64,000 nucleotides of DNA, taken from the NCBI GenBank assembly GCA_029565735.1, contig JAKQNO010000032.1, positions 1,693 to 65,692 of the forward strand. Reading direction: 5' to 3'. Source of the DNA: a bacterium. GTDB lineage: Bacteria > Oederibacteriota > PGYV01. Positions 49,412-61,117 of the stretch are shown in pieces. Under the pieces are notes generated by a model that ran no database searches, was not told where the DNA came from, and was given only the letters and a program-made list of their open reading frames with translations. Each line of letters opens with the position of its first letter. Positions within the stretch are counted from its first letter, which is position 1. Made by a program: the position numbers and the translations under genes.

Positions 49412-51715
49412 ATGGAAAACATCGCACTAAGCCCGTTGACAGGTTCAGAACTGAACATGATCTGGATCATCTGGGGCATCGCACTTGTTGCAATTGTGTA
49501 CGGTTTCTTTCTTATGGGCGAAATCACAAGAAAAGATTCCGGCACGGCCAAAATGATCGAAATTAATAACGCGATCATGGAAGGCGCGAACGCGTACCTT
49601 GCAAGGCAGTTCAAGACAGTTGCATTACTTGTAGTTGTTCTGGCAGTTGTCCTTTATTTCACGGGGACAGCGCATGATCCCGCAATTAACCTTGGAAGGG
49701 CAATTGCTTTTGTGCTTGGCGCAACAGCATCGGCTCTTACAGGTTTTATGGGGATGAGAATGGCTGTAAAAGGAAACGTAAGGGTTGCCGCTGCCGCGTT
49801 AAAAGGCAAAGTGGAATCGCTTACAATCGCTTTCAGGACAGGCGCTATTGCCGGTATGTTCACAATCGGCCTTGGCCTTCTTGGCGCGACATCAATATTC
49901 CTTATCTATAAAGAAAACCTCTCCGAAGTTCTTGTAGGATTCGGCTTCGGCGGATGCTTGCTTGCCATGTTCATGAGGGTAGGCGGCGGTATATACACAA
50001 AGGCAGCAGACGTTGGCGCTGACCTTGTTGGTAAAGTGGAAAAGAACATACCTGAAGACGATCCCAGGAACGCGGCGACAATCGCTGACAACGTTGGCGA
50101 CAACGTAGGCGACTGCGCGGGTATGGCAGCAGACATATTTGAATCATACGAAGTAACGCTTGTTGCTTCCATGGTTCTTGGCGCGACAGTATTCGGAAAC
50201 ATGGGCGTAATTTTCCCGCTCCTTCTCCGCGCTGTAGGCGTTATCACTTCAATCATCGGAACATATTTTGTAAGGGCAAAAAACGACAACGAACCCGCTA
50301 TGAAGCCGATAAACAGGGGCTTTATGGTTTCTTCAGTTCTTTCAATCATCGGCTTTGCCGCGCTTACAATAATGTATACGCAGGGAAGCATATTTAACAT
50401 CATGTCAACAGACGCAAAATGGGCAAACGTTCTTGCGGCCAACCCGGACGCTAACGTAGTCCTTGCGTGGAAGCTTTTTGCAATCACCACAATCGGTATT
50501 TTCCTGTCATTCGCAATTTCTTCAATGACGGAATACTTTACATCAACAGAAACAAAACCTGTTCAGGAAATCGCCAAAGCGACCCTTACAGGCCCGGCAA
50601 CAACAATCCTTTCCGGAACCGCTGAAGGAATGGAAAGCAGCGTATGGGCAATCCTTTCCATCGCTGTAGCAATTGCTTCTTCAATAATCGTATTCGCGAT
50701 AAACCCGATAGGCGACGCCATTCTTGTTGTTGAACAGACACTTTACGGCGTATCGCTTCTTGGACTTGGAATGTTGACCGTAACAGGCATCATCGTTGCG
50801 GAAGACACATACGGCCCCATATCTGACAACGCCCAGGGCGTTGGCGAAATGGCAAAGCTTCCTGAAAAGGCGCGCAAGGTTCTTGACGAACTTGACGCTG
50901 TTGGAAACTCCACAAAGGCCATCACAAAAGGTTTTGCAATCGCGACCGCTGTTATCGCGGCTGTATCGCTTTTTGGTTCTTACAAAGAAATCACCGGAAT
51001 GCAGTTCATCGACATAAGCAACCCTATGGTTCTTATCGGCTTGCTTGTCGGCGGCGCGGTTCCGTTCCTTTTCAGCTCGCTTTTAATCAGGGCGGTTGGA
51101 AGGGCTGCGTTCCTTGTTGTTAACGAAGTACGCAGGCAGTTCAGGGAAATTAAGGGAATCATGACAGGCAAACAGAAACCGGAATACGGCAAAGTTGTTG
51201 ATATCTGCACAACAGCGGCTATCAAAGAACTTATCGGGCCGGGGCTTATCGCTCTTCTTATGCCTGTTATAGTAGGTTTCTTATTCAAGGCTGAAGGGCT
51301 TGGCGGATACTTAGCCGGCGTTATCGTTGTCGGACAGCTTCTTGCCGTGTACCTGTCCAATTCGGGCGGCGCATGGGACAATGCCAAGAAATTCATTGAA
51401 CAGGGCAATTATGGCGGCAAAGGTTCCGAAGCTCACAAAGCTGCGGTTATCGGCGACACCATCGGCGACCCGTTCAAAGACACAGCAGGACCCGCGTTAA
51501 ACCCGCTTATCAAGGTTATGAACCTTGTGGCTATCCTTATCGCGCCTCTTATCATCAAGAATCCGGGATATGGCCCGGGAGTTATAGCTGTTGTTGTTAT
51601 CTGCCTTGCAATCATCGGCACAGCGCTTTTCTTCTCCAAAAGGGAAGATAACAGCGGAATAGCGGCCGAAGTTGCACAGACAGTAAGCGGCAAAGCAAAA
51701 GGCAAAAAGAAATAA
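49412..51715 (+). CDS. hppA: Membrane-bound proton-translocating pyrophosphatase (H+-PPase), K+-independent type
   Basis: [29 protein letters not shown] and [14 protein letters not shown] (Lys in place of the Ala that marks K+-dependent enzymes). The ATG at 49412 is preferred because of the aggagga RBS. The track start is 49397. Confidence 0.9.
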   Translation: MENIALSPLTGSELNMIWIIWGIALVAIVYGFFLMGEITRKDSGTAKMIEINNAIMEGANAYLARQFKTVALLVVVLAVVLYFTGTAHDPAINLGRAIAFVLGATASALTGFMGMRMAVKGNVRVAAAALKGKVESLTIAFRTGAIAGMFTIGLGLLGATSIFLIYKENLSEVLVGFGFGGCLLAMFMRVGGGIYTKAADVGADLVGKVEKNIPEDDPRNAATIADNVGDNVGDCAGMAADIFESYEVTLVASMVLGATVFGNMGVIFPLLLRAVGVITSIIGTYFVRAKNDNEPAMKPINRGFMVSSVLSIIGFAALTIMYTQGSIFNIMSTDAKWANVLAANPDANVVLAWKLFAITTIGIFLSFAISSMTEYFTSTETKPVQEIAKATLTGPATTILSGTAEGMESSVWAILSIAVAIASSIIVFAINPIGDAILVVEQTLYGVSLLGLGMLTVTGIIVAEDTYGPISDNAQGVGEMAKLPEKARKVLDELDAVGNSTKAITKGFAIATAVIAAVSLFGSYKEITGMQFIDISNPMVLIGLLVGGAVPFLFSSLLIRAVGRAAFLVVNEVRRQFREIKGIMTGKQKPEYGKVVDICTTAAIKELIGPGLIALLMPVIVGFLFKAEGLGGYLAGVIVVGQLLAVYLSNSGGAWDNAKKFIEQGNYGGKGSEAHKAAVIGDTIGDPFKDTAGPALNPLIKVMNLVAILIAPLIIKNPGYGPGVIAVVVICLAIIGTALFFSKREDNSGIAAEVAQTVSGKAKGKKK

Positions 51716-51746
51716 CACGGAATTTATTCCGTAGGCAATAGAAAAA

Positions 51747-51772
51747 GGGCCGGTGCAAGCCGGCCCTTTTTC
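51747..51772 (+). terminator. Rho-independent terminator
   Basis: gggccgg-tgcaag-ccggccc followed by tttttc. Confidence 0.7.
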
Positions 51773-51834
51773 ATTAACACGCGTTTATTATCAAGCAGGC
51801 CTGTGTTTGCGGCAAAATTTTTGGAGGTATTATA

Positions 51835-52935
51835 ATGGAAGTAGGAATAGTCGGGCTGCCCAATGTCGGAAAGTCCACAACGTTTAACGTCTTAACCAAA
51901 ACTAAGGGCGCCGAAGTTGCCAATTACGAATTCTGCACAATTGAACCCAATGTGGGCATAGTTGCTGTTCCGGACAAACGCCTTGATTTTTTATTTAACC
52001 TTTATAATGACGGCAAGACAAAACTTGTTCCCGCGTCATTTAAATTTGTTGATATAGCAGGCCTTGTAAAAGGCGCCAGCAAGGGTGAAGGCCTTGGCAA
52101 CAAGTTTCTTGCCAATATAAGGGAAGTGGACGCCATAGCGCACGTGGTAAGGGTGTTTACAGACCAGAACGTGGTGCGCACGACAGGCAAACTTGACCCT
52201 ATAGGAGACATAGAAACCATAGAAACCGAACTTATGCTTGCTGACCTTGACAGCGTTACAAAGGGCTTTCAAAAAACCGAAAGGGCCGCCAAATCCGGCA
52301 ATGATAAAGAAGCTTTAAAAAAATATGAAGCGCTTAAGAAAGTTAAAGATACCCTTGAAAAAGGCATGCCCGCGTCTTCAATTGGCCTTACACCCGAAGA
52401 AAAACTTCAGGTAAAAGAACTTGGCCTTATGACCTTAAAGCCCATGTTATATGTTTTAAACACGGACGAGGATAAAATAGAAAACTTTGAAAAAAACTTT
52501 CCGGAATTAACCGAATACATAAAAAAAAGAAAAGCCGAATACGCCGTTATTTCCGCCAGGATAGAATCTGAAATGATGGACCTGGGCGAAGAAGAACGCG
52601 CAGATTATTTAAAAGAGCTTGGCTTTGAATACAAGGGGTTTGATGAATTTATCATGCACGCGTACAAGCTTCTGGATTTAATAACCTTTTTCACGTCCGG
52701 TTCCGATGAATGCCGCGCGTGGCCCATTCTGCGCAATTCCAAAGCCGAAGAAGCGGCCGGCAAGATACATTCCGATATCCAAAGGGGATTTATCCGCGCC
52801 GAAGTCATGAAATTTGAGGAATTTAAGGATGTAAAGGACGAATTAAAGATGAAAGAAAAAGGCCTTGTAAGAAGCGAAGGCAGGGATTACATAATGCAGG
52901 ACGGGGATATAGTGTATTTTAAGTTTAATGTTTAG
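51835..52935 (+). CDS. ychF: Ribosome-binding ATPase YchF (Obg-family GTPase fold)
   Basis: [16 protein letters not shown]1 motif and the C-terminal TGS domain. Confidence 0.9.
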   Translation: MEVGIVGLPNVGKSTTFNVLTKTKGAEVANYEFCTIEPNVGIVAVPDKRLDFLFNLYNDGKTKLVPASFKFVDIAGLVKGASKGEGLGNKFLANIREVDAIAHVVRVFTDQNVVRTTGKLDPIGDIETIETELMLADLDSVTKGFQKTERAAKSGNDKEALKKYEALKKVKDTLEKGMPASSIGLTPEEKLQVKELGLMTLKPMLYVLNTDEDKIENFEKNFPELTEYIKKRKAEYAVISARIESEMMDLGEEERADYLKELGFEYKGFDEFIMHAYKLLDLITFFTSGSDECRAWPILRNSKAEEAAGKIHSDIQRGFIRAEVMKFEEFKDVKDELKMKEKGLVRSEGRDYIMQDGDIVYFKFNV

Positions 52936-53033
52936 CATCAATACCCGCTTGTGTAAAATGAAACTTGACAAAATACTTTGGCTGTGTTTTCATATTAAAA
53001 CGGGTAATTAAAACGTTAATTATGGAGGATTTT

Positions 53034-53426
53034 ATGTCAAAAAAACTTTTTTTACTTTTTATATGCGCCGCGTTTATCGCCGTTATGGGCGTTGGATGCA
53101 AGGGCAAAAGGTCTGTAAGGGTTGTGGTTGAGCATAATTACACCTGGAGCATGGAAATGATACAGGGAGATTCCAAACTGCCTGTAATAAGCGATAATGA
53201 AACAAGGACATACCCGCTGGGTGACTTTAAGGATAAAATTATTGTTGACGCGTGGAAAACCAACACGCAGACCGCAAGGATTTACGTAAAAATAATAGAA
53301 GATTTTGAACCAGGATTTTTATACCTTGCGTCTTCCGAAGTCAAACATGAAGTCTCGGAAGATGATATAAATACTCATATTGTCGCATATTATGACTTTG
53401 GAAAAGACGAAGACGAAGACAAATAA
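53034..53426 (+). CDS. Small lipoprotein, function unknown
   Basis: Lipobox MGVGCKG after MSKKLFLLFICAAFIAV. RBS ggagga. Acidic C-terminus. Confidence 0.5.
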   Translation: MSKKLFLLFICAAFIAVMGVGCKGKRSVRVVVEHNYTWSMEMIQGDSKLPVISDNETRTYPLGDFKDKIIVDAWKTNTQTARIYVKIIEDFEPGFLYLASSEVKHEVSEDDINTHIVAYYDFGKDEDEDK

Positions 53427-53507
53427 TACAGCGCCGCCAAAAGCGGTTGACTAATGTTTTTTTTCGTGTTATTTTAGGTGTCAATTATTCAATTTCAGGA
53501 GGATTTT

Positions 53508-53999
53508 ATGAAAAGACGCGCTGTTGCGCTGTTTCTTGCTTTAACAATTCTTATTGTGCCTGCATCGGCTGTTTTTGCGGCGAATGAATATGTCATAGAC
53601 GAAGTGGTAATAGAGCCAAAAGACCCTATTCTTGCGACTGTTGTGGCTTTGGGGCCCGGCTTTCTTGTCCACGGCTGGGGGCAGTTTTACAGCGAAAATT
53701 ATAAAATGGGCCTTATGTTCACAGGGCTTGAAATACTGTCTATTGGCGCCATGACATTTGGCGTAATACAGAATACCAATCCGGAAATGCTGGGTATATA
53801 CGGCGGCAACGAGGATGAAGTAAGGCGCGGCGGGGCATTGGTTTTTGGATTCGGAATTGCTGTATTTATAGGGACATGGCTTGCCGACATAGCGCTTGCA
53901 GGCCCTGCCGCTGAACAGTACAACAAGGAACACAACCTGGAGTTCAGGCTTCAGCAGGAATCTTACGCGCCGTCTTTGATGTACACCTATAATTACTAA
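53508..53999 (+). CDS. Membrane protein with signal peptide, function unknown
   Basis: Signal peptide MKRRAVALFLALTILIVPASAVFA. Two or three transmembrane helices. RBS aggagga. Confidence 0.45.
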   Translation: MKRRAVALFLALTILIVPASAVFAANEYVIDEVVIEPKDPILATVVALGPGFLVHGWGQFYSENYKMGLMFTGLEILSIGAMTFGVIQNTNPEMLGIYGGNEDEVRRGGALVFGFGIAVFIGTWLADIALAGPAAEQYNKEHNLEFRLQQESYAPSLMYTYNY

Positions 54000-54065
54000 T
54001 AAGGGCCTGTTTATCCTATAATTCCCCTAAGGCGGAATTTATATCTTTCTAACCGCGGTGGTGTT

Positions 54066-54881
54066 TTGAAAAATAAGCTGTCTGTTGCGATAATTACATA
54101 TAACGAAGAACGTATGATAAAACGCTGCCTGGAGTCGGTTAAATGGGCGGATGAAATAATAGTGGTTGATTCCGGATCCACCGACAGTACTGTTAAGACC
54201 GCAAAACAATACGGGGCGAAAGTTGTACGTAAAAAATGGATGGGGTTTTCGAAACAGAAAAATTTCGCGCTTTCGCTTGCAAAAAACAAATGGATACTTA
54301 GCCTTGACGGGGACGAACTTGTAAGCCCGGAACTGGCGCGGGAAATAAGGGAAACAATAGTAAAGCAGGGCGCGTTTTATGTATACCGTATTCCAAGAAA
54401 AAATTTTTATTATGGCGGGCGCTGGCTGAAACACGGAAGTATTTATCCGGACGCGGCCATAAGGCTGATACAAAAAAACCGGGGCGCTTTCAGGGATGTG
54501 CTGGTGCACGAAGAGATTGATTCTGATTCGCCCGCCGGTATTTTAAAACACGATATAGAACATTACAGCAAGCCCGGCATAGGCGACCATATTAACGCTT
54601 TAAGCAGGTATACAACGCTTGACGCGCAGGAAGCTTACAGCACGGGAAGAAGGGCCACCGGGTATTCGGTTCTTGTTAAACCGCTGTTCTTTTTCATAAA
54701 ACGTTATATTTTTAAGGCCGGCTTTTTGGACGGATTTGAGGGTTTTTTATATCACATTATGTCGGCCTGGTATCTTTTTATTTATGAACTGAAACTTCTT
54801 GAACTGGAGCGGCCGCTTTCCGGTTATAAACCATGGGGAAGCATATTTAAAAGGTCGCTTAGGGTTAAAAAGCAGCATTAG
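54066..54881 (+). CDS. Family 2 glycosyltransferase (LPS-core WaaE/KdtX-like)
   Basis: SVAIITYNEERMIKRCLESVKWADEIIVVDSGSTD (DxD-type GT-A fold). TTG start per the ORF track. Confidence 0.75.
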   Translation: MKNKLSVAIITYNEERMIKRCLESVKWADEIIVVDSGSTDSTVKTAKQYGAKVVRKKWMGFSKQKNFALSLAKNKWILSLDGDELVSPELAREIRETIVKQGAFYVYRIPRKNFYYGGRWLKHGSIYPDAAIRLIQKNRGAFRDVLVHEEIDSDSPAGILKHDIEHYSKPGIGDHINALSRYTTLDAQEAYSTGRRATGYSVLVKPLFFFIKRYIFKAGFLDGFEGFLYHIMSAWYLFIYELKLLELERPLSGYKPWGSIFKRSLRVKKQH

Positions 54882-54946
54882 TAAGAGGTTTAATGGGTAA
54901 AAAAATTACTCCATAAATCTATAAATATTGAGAGGAAGTATAAAAA

Positions 54947-56710
54947 ATGTTAAAAAGGACAGATTATTGCGGGGAAATAAATGAAAGTTTCATAGGCAAA
55001 CAGGTTACTGTGAACGCGTGGCTTGGGACAAGGCGCGACCACGGCGGCGTTATATTTTTTGATATGCGCGACAGGACAGGTATAGTGCAGGTTGTATTTG
55101 ACCCGGAAGCGGACGCGGCCCTGCATGAAAACGCGCATAAGTTAAGAAGCGAATTCGTGCTTGCCATAACCGGCAAAGTGCGTTTAAGGCCGGAAGGCAC
55201 ACAGAACAAAAGGATTCCCACCGGTATGATAGAAGTCCTGGCTGAAAAGCTTGAAGTGTTAAACGAATCCAAGACGCTGCCTTTTATGATTGAAGACGAC
55301 GCGGAAGTAAGCGAAGAGATACGCCTGCAGTACAGGTACCTTGATTTAAGAAGGCCCAAAATACAGAAGAACTTGATAATACGACATAAGGTATGCGAAA
55401 TTACACGCAACTACCTTAACAACGCGGGCTTCATTGAAGTTGAAACTCCCATGCTTATTAAAAGCACGCCCGAAGGCGCAAGGGATTATCTTGTGCCAAG
55501 CAGGGTAAACGAAGGCAAGTTCTTTGCGCTGCCGCAGTCGCCGCAGACCCTAAAACAGATACTTATGGTGTCAGGGCTTGATAAATATTACCAGATTGTA
55601 AAATGTTTCAGGGACGAAGACTTAAGGGCGGACCGCCAGCCGGAATTCACGCAGATAGACCTTGAAATGTCTTTTGTGGATGAACAGGACGTTATGGATG
55701 TCACCGAAGGCATTGTGCAGAATGTTTTTAACGGCGTAAAAGGCACAAACTTAAGCGGCCACTTTACAAAGATGCATTACGATGAAGCCATGGAAAAATA
55801 CGGAAACGACAAGCCTGACACAAGGTTTGAAATGCATTTAAAAACGGTTTCTGATATTTTTAAAGGTTCTGACTTTAAAGTTTTTGCCGGCGTAATTGAA
55901 AAGGGCGGCGTTGTAAAATCAATCAACTTTAAAGGCGCGGGAGAAAAACTTTCAAGAAAAGAAATTGACGACCTTGTGGCGTACGCGCAGAAATGCGGCG
56001 CGTCAGGAATGGCATGGATACGTTTTGCGGACAAACCGGAATCGCCCATTGTAAAGTTCCTTGGCGATGACAGGATAGAAATGATTAAAAAAGAGATGAA
56101 CGCTGAAAAAGGCGACATCACCTTCTTTATAGCGGATAAGTTCACGGCAGCCAATGACGTGTTAAGCAGGGTAAGGCTTCACATAGGCAAAAAATACGGC
56201 TTTATCGACGAATCAAAATTTAATTTCCTGTGGGTGACGGACTTCCCGATGTTCGCGTTTAACGAACAGGAAAACCGCCTTGACGCAAACCACCATCCCT
56301 TTACAACCGTAAAGGATGAAGACGCGCACCTGCTGGACACAGACCCGGTAAATTCAAAGGCAAAAGCGTACGACCTTATATTAAACGGCACGGAAATAGG
56401 CGGCGGAAGCATAAGGATTCACAGGCGCGACCTTCAGAGCAAAATTTTCAGCCTGTTAAAGATTTCCGAAGAAGACGCAAAGATGAAGTTTGGCTTCCTG
56501 CTTGAAGCGCTTGAATACGGCGCGCCGCCGCACGGCGGCCTGGCGCTTGGGCTGGACAGGCTTATAATGATATTAACCGGCAGCCAGTCAATAAGGGACG
56601 TTATAGCGTTCCCGAAAACCCAGAAAGCGCAGTGCCTGCTGACCGACGCGCCCGGTGAAGTTGACCTAAAACAGTTAAAAGAGCTGCATATTAAAATAGT
56701 TCAGGAATAG
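54947..56710 (+). CDS. aspS: Aspartate--tRNA ligase
   Basis: N-terminal OB-fold anticodon-binding domain. Class II motifs [18 protein letters not shown] and GGGSIRIH, and the C-terminal GLDRLIM. Confidence 0.9.
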   Translation: MLKRTDYCGEINESFIGKQVTVNAWLGTRRDHGGVIFFDMRDRTGIVQVVFDPEADAALHENAHKLRSEFVLAITGKVRLRPEGTQNKRIPTGMIEVLAEKLEVLNESKTLPFMIEDDAEVSEEIRLQYRYLDLRRPKIQKNLIIRHKVCEITRNYLNNAGFIEVETPMLIKSTPEGARDYLVPSRVNEGKFFALPQSPQTLKQILMVSGLDKYYQIVKCFRDEDLRADRQPEFTQIDLEMSFVDEQDVMDVTEGIVQNVFNGVKGTNLSGHFTKMHYDEAMEKYGNDKPDTRFEMHLKTVSDIFKGSDFKVFAGVIEKGGVVKSINFKGAGEKLSRKEIDDLVAYAQKCGASGMAWIRFADKPESPIVKFLGDDRIEMIKKEMNAEKGDITFFIADKFTAANDVLSRVRLHIGKKYGFIDESKFNFLWVTDFPMFAFNEQENRLDANHHPFTTVKDEDAHLLDTDPVNSKAKAYDLILNGTEIGGGSIRIHRRDLQSKIFSLLKISEEDAKMKFGFLLEALEYGAPPHGGLALGLDRLIMILTGSQSIRDVIAFPKTQKAQCLLTDAPGEVDLKQLKELHIKIVQE

Positions 56711-56859
56711 ATAAAAGGGCGTTAAACGTATAACTTTCGCCCCGTTTTTCAGGTTTTATGCTTTAAAATATGGCTTTTTTCTATTATCTCTTGACATATG
56801 CACATGATATGATACTATTAAAACAATTGGGATGTGAAAAAAAGCTTAAAGGATTATTA

Positions 56860-57567
56860 ATGAAAAAACTGCCGGTTTTAGTTTTTATCGCTTTTTTTGC
56901 GGTTTATGCTCCTTTATCCGCGGCAGGCACGGTTGACACAATTAATCAGAAAGTTCAGGAAAAGCTTGATGCCATTAAAAAAGCCGGGGACACAGGCGGC
57001 CCCCTTGCCGAAGAAATTAAGATAGATAAATCAAAGGCAAAACAGGCAATTGAAGATAAAAAAGAGCCTGCAGATTACGAAATGGGCAACCTTGCGGCAA
57101 TGAATATTGTGGGCGGTTTTTTTGAAGGAGCAATAGCAGGGGCCGGCTGCGGGATGATTGGTTACGGGCAGACAAAAAACAGGGATATAAACCCGCTGGT
57201 AAACGGTTCAATAATCGGCGGCGTTTCGGGCGCTGTCCTTGCTTCGGTTCTTTCAATAGCGCAGATGCAGACAAAAAAATATTACGCGTCTGATGATTAC
57301 GGAATAAACACGGCCGTGTGGACAGTGCTTGGAAGCGCAATAGGCGCGTCAGGCGGGGCCTTGTCTTATGCTTCCACAAAACAGACAGAGAAAATAACCG
57401 AAGGCGCGGGCTACGGCGCGGCAGCCGGCGCGCTGACAGGCATTATATTATCAACCGTGGAATTTTTTGCCCCGGAAAATTTAAGGGGCAAAGTTTTTAA
57501 AGGCCACGCAATAAGGCAGATACCGGCGGAAAACGGTTTTGCGCTTGCGTTCACGGCGGAGTACTGA
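56860..57567 (+). CDS. Secreted glycine-zipper protein
   Basis: Signal peptide MKKLPVLVFIAFFAVYAPLSAAG. GxxxG-rich segments. Confidence 0.5.
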   Translation: MKKLPVLVFIAFFAVYAPLSAAGTVDTINQKVQEKLDAIKKAGDTGGPLAEEIKIDKSKAKQAIEDKKEPADYEMGNLAAMNIVGGFFEGAIAGAGCGMIGYGQTKNRDINPLVNGSIIGGVSGAVLASVLSIAQMQTKKYYASDDYGINTAVWTVLGSAIGASGGALSYASTKQTEKITEGAGYGAAAGALTGIILSTVEFFAPENLRGKVFKGHAIRQIPAENGFALAFTAEY

Positions 57568-57569
57568 TT

Positions 57570-57932
57570 ATGAAAAAAACACTTCTGGTTATATTTGCGG
57601 TAATGGCCGCTGTTGTTCCGCTTTCAGCCGGGGATATTGCCAATACCGTTGCTGTTGACACTTTGATAGGCTTTTCAGCCGGCGCGGCAATAGGCAATTT
57701 AACCGCAATCGGGCCTTACAGTGAAGGAAGCAACATAGCGGTGTTCGGAGCGGGCGGCGGAATTGGCGCGCTTGCGGGAGCGGGCGCAGGGCTGGCTTTT
57801 GGAATATGGCACGCTGTTTATAACGCGCAGAACAAGGCGCCGGAAAGAAACGCCGGTTTAAATGAAGATATAAACGTATGCTACGAACACAAAACAGATT
57901 ATTACGGCATAAGGCTGACAAAATCATTTTGA
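57570..57932 (+). CDS. Secreted glycine-zipper protein (paralog-like)
   Basis: Signal peptide, then FGAGGGIGALAGAGAGLAFG. Confidence 0.5.
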   Translation: MKKTLLVIFAVMAAVVPLSAGDIANTVAVDTLIGFSAGAAIGNLTAIGPYSEGSNIAVFGAGGGIGALAGAGAGLAFGIWHAVYNAQNKAPERNAGLNEDINVCYEHKTDYYGIRLTKSF

Positions 57933-57944
57933 GGAGGTAACAGC

Positions 57945-58382
57945 ATGAAGGTATTAAGATTTGCGGTTTTAGCGGTAATTGCATTTGCACTTGTTTTCAC
58001 TGTTGGATGCGCGGCAAGGCAGACGGTAAAGACAGACACGCCTGACGCCACAGACACATCAGCTTCCGCGGATGTTGAAGATGCAGCAACAGCGGTTGCG
58101 ACAGCAGTTCCTGTTCAGAAGTACGTTGTTAAGAAAGGCGACACACTCTGGGACATTTCTTCAATGAACAAAATCTACACCGACAACTTCCAGTGGCCGC
58201 TTCTTTTTAAGGCAAACAGGGACCAGATAGAAGACCCGGATCTTATCGAAGTTGACCAGGAACTTATCGTTAAAAAAGACTGGAACAAAACAGAAGTAAA
58301 CGACGCAAGGCAGAAAGCCATGGACACACCGCCTTTCAAACCGCACACAGCGGCAAGGAAGACACTGCCTTTAAGGTATTAA
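57945..58382 (+). CDS. LysM-domain lipoprotein
   Basis: Lipobox FTVGCAA. LysM YVVKKGDTLWDIS...PDLIEVDQELIV. Confidence 0.65.
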   Translation: MKVLRFAVLAVIAFALVFTVGCAARQTVKTDTPDATDTSASADVEDAATAVATAVPVQKYVVKKGDTLWDISSMNKIYTDNFQWPLLFKANRDQIEDPDLIEVDQELIVKKDWNKTEVNDARQKAMDTPPFKPHTAARKTLPLRY

Positions 58383-58412
58383 TTTTTTTAGCCCCGTACA
58401 GGATGGTAAAAT

Positions 58413-59393
58413 TTGCTTGATTCAAAAAAGATAAGCGTAAATCTTCATAAAGAGGCGCTTTTTAACCTTTACGGGATAGCTGACGAGAATTTAAGGTTTT
58501 TGGAAAGGCTTCTTGGCGTTGAAATAGTCGGCAGAAATGACGTGATTATAGTAAACGGCAGAAGAAAAGACATAAGCCGCGCCGAACGCGTTATTGAAAA
58601 ACTTAAGAAATACGCGGAAGGCGGAAAGGCCGTATCACGGCTTCTGGTAGAGGAAACCGTGGAAAATGACAAAGCCGGAGACAGGGAACCGCTGCCGGAA
58701 AATACCGCAAAGCAGGGCAAAAGCGCGGGGCTTCTGGTTTCAAGCAAAAGGGATCTTGTCAGGCCAAAGACAAAGAACCAGGAAAAGTACATACAGACAA
58801 TTTTTGACAATCAGATTGTATTTGGAATAGGGCCCGCGGGAACAGGCAAGACTTATCTTGCAACTGCCGCGGGCCTTTACTTTCTGCGCGAAAAACTTGT
58901 GGAAAGGATTGTCCTTGTAAGGCCTGTGGTGGAAGCGGGCGAAAACCTGGGATTTCTGCCGGGCGATTTAAAGGAAAAAATAGACCCGTATTTAAGGCCG
59001 CTGTTTGACGCGATATACGACATGATAGAACCAAGGATATTCCACGAATTGGTGGAAAATGAAATAATAGAAGTGGCGCCCCTTGCGTATATGAGAGGCA
59101 GGACGTTAAACAAGTCATTTGTTATACTTGATGAAGCGCAGAACACAACTGTTGACCAGATGAAGATGTTTTTGACAAGGACAGGCAATGATTCAAAGCT
59201 TGTAATCACCGGCGACATAACGCAGATAGACCTTCCTGTGGGAAAAAAATCCGGGCTTATCCACGCCACGGAAATATTTCAGGGAATGGATGAAGTCAAG
59301 TTTTCATATTTTGGCACGGAGGATGTATCCAGGGCCGAAGTGGTAAAAAGGATCCTGGACGCGTATGAGAAATACGATAAAAATGAAAAGTAA
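58413..59393 (+). CDS. phoH: PhoH-like ATPase
   Basis: Walker A GPAGTGKTYLA and Walker B ILDEAQN. Confidence 0.85.
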   Translation: MLDSKKISVNLHKEALFNLYGIADENLRFLERLLGVEIVGRNDVIIVNGRRKDISRAERVIEKLKKYAEGGKAVSRLLVEETVENDKAGDREPLPENTAKQGKSAGLLVSSKRDLVRPKTKNQEKYIQTIFDNQIVFGIGPAGTGKTYLATAAGLYFLREKLVERIVLVRPVVEAGENLGFLPGDLKEKIDPYLRPLFDAIYDMIEPRIFHELVENEIIEVAPLAYMRGRTLNKSFVILDEAQNTTVDQMKMFLTRTGNDSKLVITGDITQIDLPVGKKSGLIHATEIFQGMDEVKFSYFGTEDVSRAEVVKRILDAYEKYDKNEK

Positions 59394-59802
59394 AACCCGT
59401 GTAAACGTTTTTTATAAAAAAAAGGTATTCATTGGCTTTGATGTAAGCAAAACAGCGGAAAAGCTGCTTGCGCTGGAAAAAAAGAACAATACGGAAGTAA
59501 ACATCATATTTGCCGGCTCTTCGTTTATAAAAGAAATGAACCTGAATTACAGGATGAAGAACACGGATACTGACGTTATTTCATTTGAAAACGAAGGCGG
59601 AGGCGAAATTTACATTTCCGTGGACAGGGCAAAAACAGACGCCGCGGAGCTTGGAATAACGTTAAAAGAGGAATATTTAAGGCTTTTAATCCATGGCCTG
59701 CTGCATGTGATTGGCTATGACCATATAAAAGACGCGGATTTTAAAAAGATGAATATTAAAGAAAAAAAATACCTGGAAGTTTTCTATAAAAAAGGAGTAT
59801 AA
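59365..59802 (+). CDS. ybeY: rRNA maturation endoribonuclease YbeY
   Basis: HGLLHVIGYDH metal-binding motif. The start may be the ATG at 59383, which overlaps the phoH stop. Confidence 0.85.
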   Translation: MRNTIKMKSKTRVNVFYKKKVFIGFDVSKTAEKLLALEKKNNTEVNIIFAGSSFIKEMNLNYRMKNTDTDVISFENEGGGEIYISVDRAKTDAAELGITLKEEYLRLLIHGLLHVIGYDHIKDADFKKMNIKEKKYLEVFYKKGV

Positions 59803-61104
59803 ATGGAATTAGCGGCGCAGTTGCAGCTTTACATAATATTGTTTCTGTTTTTTGTGGCGGCCACATTATCTGTCGCGGAAACATCGCTTATAGGCATGAG
59901 CAGGATAAAGATAATAGCGCATATCAAAAACAACCACCCTAAGGCAAAATACTTAAAAGTGTGGATGGCGGACCCCAACAAACTGCTTGCCACGCTTTCC
60001 ATATGCGTAAACGCCGTGGCAATAACAACTTCCACCATAGGCGCTTTTCTGTCAATACGGCTGGCGCAGGCAACGGGCATTGAAGAAACCCTGCTTGCCA
60101 CTATAACCGCGGTTGTTATAACCTTTGTCATAATAATATTCGGGGAAATCACACCCAAGATATTTGCCATACATAACACGGAAAAACTTGGCCTTATGCT
60201 TGTGGGGCCCATTGTAAACCTGTACAGGATTTTAAAACCCCTTACAGAACTTTTTGTAAAGATAAGCAATCTGACCATTAAAATTCTTGGCGGCAAGCCA
60301 TCTTCAAGCATACCTGTCGTTTCAGGCAAGGATATTGACACCGTCATTGACGTCAGTATGGAAGCCGGGGTAATAAACGAGCAGGAAAAATCAATGATGC
60401 AGAACATCCTTGAAATCAAGGATACCCAGGTAAAGCACATAATGGTGCCGCGGACAAAAATGATAGGCATTGATATAACATGGGATGTGGACAGGATAAT
60501 TGATGTAATCGTGGAAGACGGCTATTCAAGGGTGCCTGTATTTAAGGAAAACTACGATAACATAATAGGAATTGTTTACGCCAAAGACATGCTTACCATG
60601 ATTAAAAACCGCGGGCTTATAATTTTTCACGACCTGATACGCATGCCGTATTTTGTCCCTGAATCCAAGTATATAGGCGATTTGTTAAAGGAATTTAAAA
60701 AAGGTAAAATGCACATGGCAATTGTTGTTGATGAATTCGGCGGCACTTCCGGCCTTGTGACCATAGAGGATATTCTGGAAGAAATAGTCGGCGAAATTAA
60801 GGATGAATATGATATAGAAGAGCCGCAGTTTAAAAAACTGGCGGAGAATTCCTATGAAGTTGACGGCCTTGCGGAAATAACCAGGCTGAACAGGGACGTA
60901 AAGATTGATATACCGCTTGAAGAAGACGTCAATACCATTGCGGGTTTTGTCACGGCGCTGTTTGGCAGGGTGCCGAAAAAAGGGGAAAAAACGGATTTTG
61001 GAAACATATCTTTTACGATATTAAGCAGTGACGCGAAAAAGATAGATAAGTTAAAAATGGACATAACGCCTGAAATAAATACGCAGGAAAAACCAGGGGA
61101 ATAA
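59803..61104 (+). CDS. corC: CorC/HlyC-family (CNNM) transporter-associated protein (DUF21 + CBS pair + CorC_HlyC)
   Basis: Four N-terminal transmembrane helices, a CBS pair (IMVPRTKMIGIDI...), and the C-terminal ITRLNRDVKIDIPLEED region. Confidence 0.8.
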   Translation: MELAAQLQLYIILFLFFVAATLSVAETSLIGMSRIKIIAHIKNNHPKAKYLKVWMADPNKLLATLSICVNAVAITTSTIGAFLSIRLAQATGIEETLLATITAVVITFVIIIFGEITPKIFAIHNTEKLGLMLVGPIVNLYRILKPLTELFVKISNLTIKILGGKPSSSIPVVSGKDIDTVIDVSMEAGVINEQEKSMMQNILEIKDTQVKHIMVPRTKMIGIDITWDVDRIIDVIVEDGYSRVPVFKENYDNIIGIVYAKDMLTMIKNRGLIIFHDLIRMPYFVPESKYIGDLLKEFKKGKMHMAIVVDEFGGTSGLVTIEDILEEIVGEIKDEYDIEEPQFKKLAENSYEVDGLAEITRLNRDVKIDIPLEEDVNTIAGFVTALFGRVPKKGEKTDFGNISFTILSSDAKKIDKLKMDITPEINTQEKPGE

Positions 61105-61117
61105 AAACTGATTTTTT

